Assembly (NCBI GenBank): GCA_951406725.2
Contig: OX597826.1
Coordinates: 51,894,001 to 51,958,000 of the forward strand
Source: Octopus vulgaris
Taxonomy: Eukaryota
Reading direction: 5' to 3'
DNA length: 64,000 nt
Shown here: in pieces, positions 57,396 through 64,000 of the stretch
Numbering within the stretch: position 1 is the stretch's first letter
How the letters are laid out: the number at the start of each line of letters is the position of its first letter
Program-made: the position numbers and the translations under genes
Notes under the pieces: generated by a model
What the model was told of the DNA's origin: nothing
The model's database searches: none
The model's input: only the letters and a program-made list of their open reading frames with translations

Positions 57396-57692
57396 GGGAG
57401 GAATTCAGAGAGGCCAGTGTCATAATTTCGAACATGAAATACAAATTAAGCTATATTGAATGGCGTACTTGATAAATTATTGATTTATTGCGATTATTAT
57501 CGCTTCGAGAAAGGGTAAACAAAAAACCTCGGAGGCAATTTGCATCAAACTACGAAGGAGAAGGCAAGACTATCTCAAGAATCAAGAATTCTTCGCAATT
57601 GATACGTAAAGACATTCTCAGTTGTTTTCGGGGACCGGGGGGTCTGATCAACAGGCGACAACAATACAACAGTTTTTGCAACATGAATCATA

Positions 57693-57764
<72 letters not shown>

Positions 57765-57989
57765 ACTCCCTCTAAATAATATATACTGCATAGCATTTGG
57801 AAATAACTTAAGATATCCACATTCAAATAATATATATATATAAATATATACATTTATATATATATATATATATATATAACTAAAGTCAAAACAAGGGTGA
57901 AAAATTGGATATTAATTTAATAACACCAATTTAAAACACCAAGTGGCCTAGCGTATAAAAGACTGAGATTCAGTAAATATTATTAATAC

Positions 57990-58418
57990 ACAACTATAAG
58001 AGAGAATCCACTATGTGGACGCTCTTACGCTAGATATAGATCCGCAAATGGAATCCACCACCAAGAATTTTTCTCAAGTAATAATTCAACACACCAAGAA
58101 CGTAAGCGAGCAGGACAAATGAAAAGCAACGAAAATATAGATTAACCCTATACAATTGTTCTCAGTTGTTTTCGGGGACTAGTGGTCCTGATTAACAGGC
58201 GACAACAATACAACAGTTTTTGCAACATGAATCATATCTTTCTCTCTCTCTCTCTCAATTAACGATGAAACAATTAATCTATACTTTTCATCTGTCCTTC
58301 CCGCTTACGTTCTTGGTGTGATGAATTATTTCTTGAGAAAAATTCTTGGTGGTGGATTCCCTTTGCGGATCTATATCTAGCGTAAGAGCGTCCACATAGT
58401 GGATTCTCTCTTATAGTT

Positions 58419-58420
<2 letters not shown>
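57990..58420. repeat. ~137-bp inverted repeat (57990-58126 / 58284-58420) within a TA-flanked element
   Basis: acaactataagagagaatccactatgtggacgctcttacgctagatatagatccgcaaa... and its reverse complement, with few mismatches. The right arm abuts (TA)n. Confidence 0.95.
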
Positions 58421-58458
<38 letters not shown>

Positions 58459-58522
58459 CGTGTGTACCGTTGGCGATTTCTTTTCCTCTGTCTTCCCTTC
58501 TCTGGATCTTACCTTTTCCTAT

Positions 58523-58557
58523 GTTTCCGACGAAGAGCTCCGCTCGAAACGTTAAAC
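58523..58557 (+). ncRNA. Minimal hammerhead ribozyme motif (U4C variant)
   Basis: gttt-CCGACGA-a-gagc tcc gctc-GAAA-cg-TT-aaac, with palindromic AACGTT stem III. Lies in a ~200-bp element bounded by (TA)n on both sides. Confidence 0.65.
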
Positions 58558-58650
58558 CCTCCTTCTTTTCTTCTTTCCTGAGCGTCCAATAATACTATAT
58601 TTGTTCCACGTCCGCCCGTTGTGATTTTTTGTGCTTTCTTGTCTGGATTA

Positions 58651-58735
<85 letters not shown>

Positions 58736-61700
58736 TATATATATATTATATTCATTATATATATGTATATATATTATATTCATTATATATATGTATATAT
58801 ATATATATATTCACTATATATTATAAGTATATCAACATTTATTATACGTGTGTATATAATATTTAAATATGCAATTCTTGAACGATGTTAGCATTAATAT
58901 AGTGTATTAGAAAAACTTCTATTAACAAACTGTTAAAAACAGTTGGCTCAAGATGTCATTGGTAGATCACAAATGTTGTTTCCACATGCTTTTGTTTCTT
59001 CAGCCACGATTAGATCCGAACATTTTCAGCGAGATGATACTCATCCTTCTGCTATAGTAATAAACAAAACAGACACTCACTGATTTTGTACGAAAATTGG
59101 CCAGGCTAAAATTTAACATCTGTGTATATGCAATTGAAAGAAAGATCATTAGATTAAAAGAACGACGTGTGTAGCAGCTATAATATATACGCAAGGAACA
59201 GCTCTAGTTGTGATATTTTATTTCTGATAAGCATCGGTAAAGAGATGGTGAATGTTGTAAACACTTGACTCTCCTGAGAGAAATAACTCAGAGAAAATAT
59301 TACAGCTAACACTATTCTAAGTTTGTACGTACATAATAACACTAATACATACCGTTATCATTAGTATCAAGTGCGTATAATGATGATTGATATACCTGAA
59401 CACAATTGTTTATAATGTCTAAATTCTTCTGTCTTCTTTGTAGCGAAACCAAATAAAACCAATAATAATTTTACACTTGGCTTTTGAGTAAAATGGTACG
59501 GTGACTGGTGTAACGTATTTGAAAGGTTTCAATTGTATGTTCCCCCAAATGTCGTGAAATGTTTCGTTTTAATTGCCGCTGTTTCCACTTCAACTTTGCG
59601 TTGTAACACCGCGGTTGATGGATGGTTGCAAGCGAACGCAATACATGTTCTCTGATAGCAATTATGCGCTTTAATCTTGACGAAACAAATGTAATGCGAG
59701 GATGATGCCGCAAGACTCGTTTGCTGTTGCTTAATTTATTGAAGCAACAAAGAATCTGTTAAGAATGAATCACTGTGATATCTTTTATTTATTGAAGGAA
59801 GAGCTAACAGACAAATTAACCTGGTAATTTATCATAAAACAACAATAAAATGTATAACAATCTTATAATTTATGACAGAATTGTGACGAGTAACTAAGTA
59901 ATGACATTTATTGCCTTTTTCGTTTTTTTCTTATAAAACCTGACAATTCATAATTTCTCCAATCATGTGGAATATAATTTTTGACAATTTTCATGGGAAA
60001 CTGTGACAGAAGGGGTTATAAGGTGTTACATGTAAGGAAAAAATCTGCTATTGAATATTGAAAATGATAATGATATTGACGAGGACGTTAATGATAATGA
60101 CGAGGATAAAAAGATTGTGACAACGATTAAGATGATGGTTGTAAATGTCGGTGTGAAAGAAAATTGAAACGTATACTCGCACACCCGCATACGCAACGCC
60201 ACTCCCCTCGGCACAAACAAAGGCAACGAATTCAAAGCATTTTTACGGATTAATTCAATCTCAATGTTACTGAATCTCTTTGGCGACACAACTGATAACG
60301 AGGATGATGATGATTATATGGACCATGTTACTGGCGGTAATGATCGGATGAAATGCCTTGATATATATTTTACTTCTTTTTACATTCTGGTTTCGAATCC
60401 AGCTGAATGCCAACCGCTACATTCACCCAACAGAGAACGGCCACATCATCACTCGAACTACTTCCCTCAAATCACATTCGATAATCTTTAATAAAGAAAC
60501 AACACATAGCTCTACATTATATAAGTCTACCCAGTCAAGGCTGGCTTGGTTCTAAACAACAACATCGCAATTGATTCTATCAATATTACGACTCCACCGG
60601 ATAGGAGGCATTCTGTTTTATTATAAACCAGTATTTTCTTTAACTAGTCTTTTATTTCGGTACACATCCATGCGCAATCATGTATGCCTTAGAACATGGA
60701 AAATTTCTTCTATTTTTGTAAGTATTTTCGATGCAATGTTACATAGTGTGCAATACAATACCTAAGAAATTTAATTCCTACTCTCTGTATGCATGTGCAA
60801 GTTTTGAAAAGCTCAATATATTGGCAGCAGCATATAAGTATTACGTTTTTATTGTGTATATTTCTAACGCTTGAACTTTCAAGGTGTCTATATTTTTCTA
60901 TTATTCCCTGTATACCTATTTTTATAGGGATATTTTTCTTGATATTTTTCAATATTGCTAGTTCCAGATTTATACATATGTCGATGGCGGAATTTATACA
61001 TCAGCTGGGAGACATTACTTTTCATAATGTCTTTTCAAATAATATCCTGATGATTTTTCTCCTACTCTTCTGATGTGAAAGACCCGAAGTATATGTAAAG
61101 CATTCTATGCTGTAGGCTTGGCCCATTTCCTTTCTACGTGGTTTTAATAATGCTGGTATTATTTCCAGTACACAGAACTGCCAGCTCTTTCTTACCTATG
61201 CGTATATACATTTGCATACATAGGTACATACGAAAGACCCGAAGTATATATAAAGCCTTCTCTGCCAGCTCTTTCTTACCAATACGTATATACATATGAA
61301 TATATAGGTATATACGTACGTACATATATACACATACACACACACACGCGGTTATTTGTATGTATGTTTTTGTTTGTCTTTAAACTCAAGGTTTTTGTTT
61401 ACGTACTGCAAAGAAAAATCCTTCGATCTTATCTTTGTGTCATGTGCTTCGCAGTCAGCGCAGTGGCTTTGTTTTTTTCTTTACCCACTTCCGTTTTGCT
61501 TAGTCTTGCATGACATTTCGTAATCCGATTTTCAGCTTAGTTTTAATCTTTTAATAGTTTCTGCTATGGTTTCTCCACCCTCATCACAACTATGTTGCTC
61601 CACACTCTGTTATGCATATGTTGGTTTCCTTGAAAACAGAAAACAATTCACTTTGTTTGGTCCATACTCCGTATTAACGTTTGTTTCCCTTTATTATTTA

Positions 61701-62109
61701 CTTGACATATTTATATTTTAATTTTAATTTTAAAAAATAACATTTAGTTTTCAAAGACCTCCGCCTTCACCATCTTCTCTCTTTTCCTTGAAAATATAAA
61801 CATGTTTTAGTGTTGTTGCTTGGACTACAGTCATTTGCTTCTTGTTTTGTTATCTAGGTTTGCAAATTCATTTAGCTCCCATATGAGATTGTTATAACGT
61901 TGCATTTAATCAAAGTTGCCTAGAAGGGTTAAAGAACATCACCGAATTATTTTATTTATTTTGTAACGGAGAATTTCTATTGTATACTTTACTCTTCTGG
62001 TTATAAGTGTTATGTTCTTTTGTAGGAAACATTATTATCAAACCCCACCTAGACTGTTGTTGTCAGTGTGTAAGCAAATTGTTGAACTGGGTAATAGATT
62101 TCGAGAGAG

Positions 62110-62191
62110 TCATGGAGGGGTGATAGAGAGTCACCCTGGAAAATGCCACATGAAATTCTTATATCCCCAGTAATAAGAGGTTCATTGTCAC
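62110..62191 (-). mobile_element. Short RT fragment of an R4/Dong-like element
   Basis: IRISCGIFQGDSLSPL, directly adjacent to (TAA)n. Confidence 0.7.
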
Positions 62192-62270
<79 letters not shown>

Positions 62271-62298
62271 CATCATTATTATTATTATTATTATTATT

Positions 62299-63153
62299 CA
62301 GTAGTTTTATTTTTATAGCGTGCGTTCACTTCACTACCGAGCACAGCTCTGTGTGCCTTGGGTATGTGCTGTGATTTGTTGCGATGCTCTGATGGTTATT
62401 GTATGGAAAGTGTTCTGCGTAGGATGTGTGCAGTGCCTAGTAGTGCAATTTTATGTATGTTATATGTGTTTGTAAGTCCTGGTGTTTTTGTTATGTATTT
62501 GTCTGAATATTTTTTTATCATGCCTAATGCACCTACTATGATAGGAATTGTTTCTGTTTTCAGATTCCACATTCTAGTTACTTCTATTTCCAGGTCTTTG
62601 TATTTTGAGAGTTTCTCCATTTCTTTTAGAGACACGTTGTCATCAGCCGGTATTGATACATCAATTAGAAAGCATTTTTTTCTTCATGATCTCTGACAAC
62701 TATATCTGGTCTGTTGGCCTTAATTTCTCTATCTGTGTGTATCGGCATATCCCAGAGTATGGTTGCTTTCTCGTTTTCTGTGACCTTTTCTGGTGTGTGC
62801 CTATACCATCTTTTTTCTGTTGTTATTCCATAATGTTGGCATAGCTTCCAATGTATGTAGGTTCCAACTCTGTCATGTCTGTGAATATATTCCTTCTTAG
62901 CCAAGACTGGGCAGCTAGAGATAATATGATTTATTGTTTCTTGTCCATCTCCACATATTCTGCAGTTACTTGTAATATTTCTTTTCATTACATGTTTTTG
63001 GTAATTTCTGGTGGGGAGGCTTTGGTCTTGTGCTGCAATTAAAAATCCCTCTGTTTCTGCTTTGAGTCCTGAGCTTCTCAACCATTGCTGGGATTTTTCT
63101 GTCTATTTCTTTTGCATTTAGTTTAGTCCAGTATTTACCATGAAGGGGCTTTT
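62299..63153 (-). mobile_element. 5'-truncated R4/Dong-like non-LTR retrotransposon inserted in (TAA)n
   Basis: LKAETEGFLIAAQDQSL, CCHC knuckle CRIC...ETINHIISSC, RHD, RPDIVV (REL endonuclease), EKLSKYKDL and PIIVGALG. One frameshift, a 3' UTR, and triplet repeats on both sides. Confidence 0.92.
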
Positions 63154-63171
63154 CTTCTTCTTCTTCTTCTT

Positions 63172-63269
<98 letters not shown>

Positions 63270-63317
63270 CATCATTATTATTACGATTATTATTATCATC
63301 ATCATCATCATTATTAT

Positions 63318-63480
63318 TAGCGGCATTTTTTCAAGCTTTACATCCTGAGTTCAAATCCCGCCGAGTTCGACTGTATTTTGTCCATTCGAGGAAGATAAAG
63401 TAAGTACCAGTTGAGCACTGGAGTCGTTGTTATTGAATAGGACTCTCTCCCCGAAAAGTTCAGGCCTTGCGCCAGTATTA
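63318..63480 (+). mobile_element. Diverged SINE family A-related copy
   Basis: ctgagttcaaatcccgccgag...taagtaccagttgagcactgg. Confidence 0.65.
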
Positions 63481-64000
63481 GAAATGCTTACTACTGCTAC
63501 TTCTGCCGTTGTTATTATTATCGTTGTTGTTCATAATTAAAAAAAAAAAATATTACCATGATGATGAAGCGGGACATCAGAAGGAGTAATTGTAAATTGC
63601 TATTAATAAGAGTTTTATAAAGGACAACAATATAATATTTTGCAGCTTTGAAAATGGCCGCTGGAAATTATTCTACTCTCATTACGAAGACAAGGAGATA
63701 ATTTGATATGCAACTTGCAAAAACTAGATATTAAGAAGGGATAAAATATCAGGTTTAAAAATAGTTAATGGTGTATAAACGAAACTGAAATGTGTAACAT
63801 ATTTAATAGAATTAAGTATAATCGGCCTTCAGCTAAAAGTATTTGTTCCAGTAACAAAATCCTTTGAGATCCTGGGAGAAATAAAAGAATCGATAGATGG
63901 AAGATAGCAGGATTTATTCAGTACAACTGAACGACCGACATACATGAATTTCGTTGAAATTGTATTTGAACCAGTACTAGCTTGATGATGATGATGATAA

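Noticed and set aside
58961-59005. Minus-strand ctgaaga-aaca..tgtg-gaaa-caacatttg-tg
   Set aside because: Non-cleavable GUG triplet, mismatched stem II and no stem I. Could be chance.
61066-61280. ctgatgtgaaagacccgaagtatatgta and its short local duplication
   Set aside because: Too degraded to call a ribozyme. Only a small tandem duplication is certain.

Overview
AT-rich animal genomic DNA dense in microsatellites and transposons. The SINE families and simple-repeat load suggest an octopus or other coleoid cephalopod (inference). The only host gene is an NMDA-type ionotropic glutamate receptor of the GluN3 class on the + strand. Two coding exons are visible (1377-1648, amino-terminal domain; 35716-36757, end of ATD, S1, M1, M2, M3). 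They are joined in phase across a ~34 kb intron, and the rest of the window is intronic. The introns hold decayed LINEs (RTE, CR1-like, R4/Dong-like in TAA repeats), mariner and Chapaev3-like DNA transposon relics, MITEs and three tRNA-derived SINE families. The most unusual signal is a set of about 8 hammerhead-ribozyme cores (CUGANGA-stem II-GAAA-stem III-UH). They sit in short non-coding elements, mostly beside (TA)n tracts, that often form long fold-back inverted repeats. This resembles Penelope-like pseudo-LTR or retrozyme-type non-autonomous retroelements. Almost all ORF-track entries are microsatellite artefacts.
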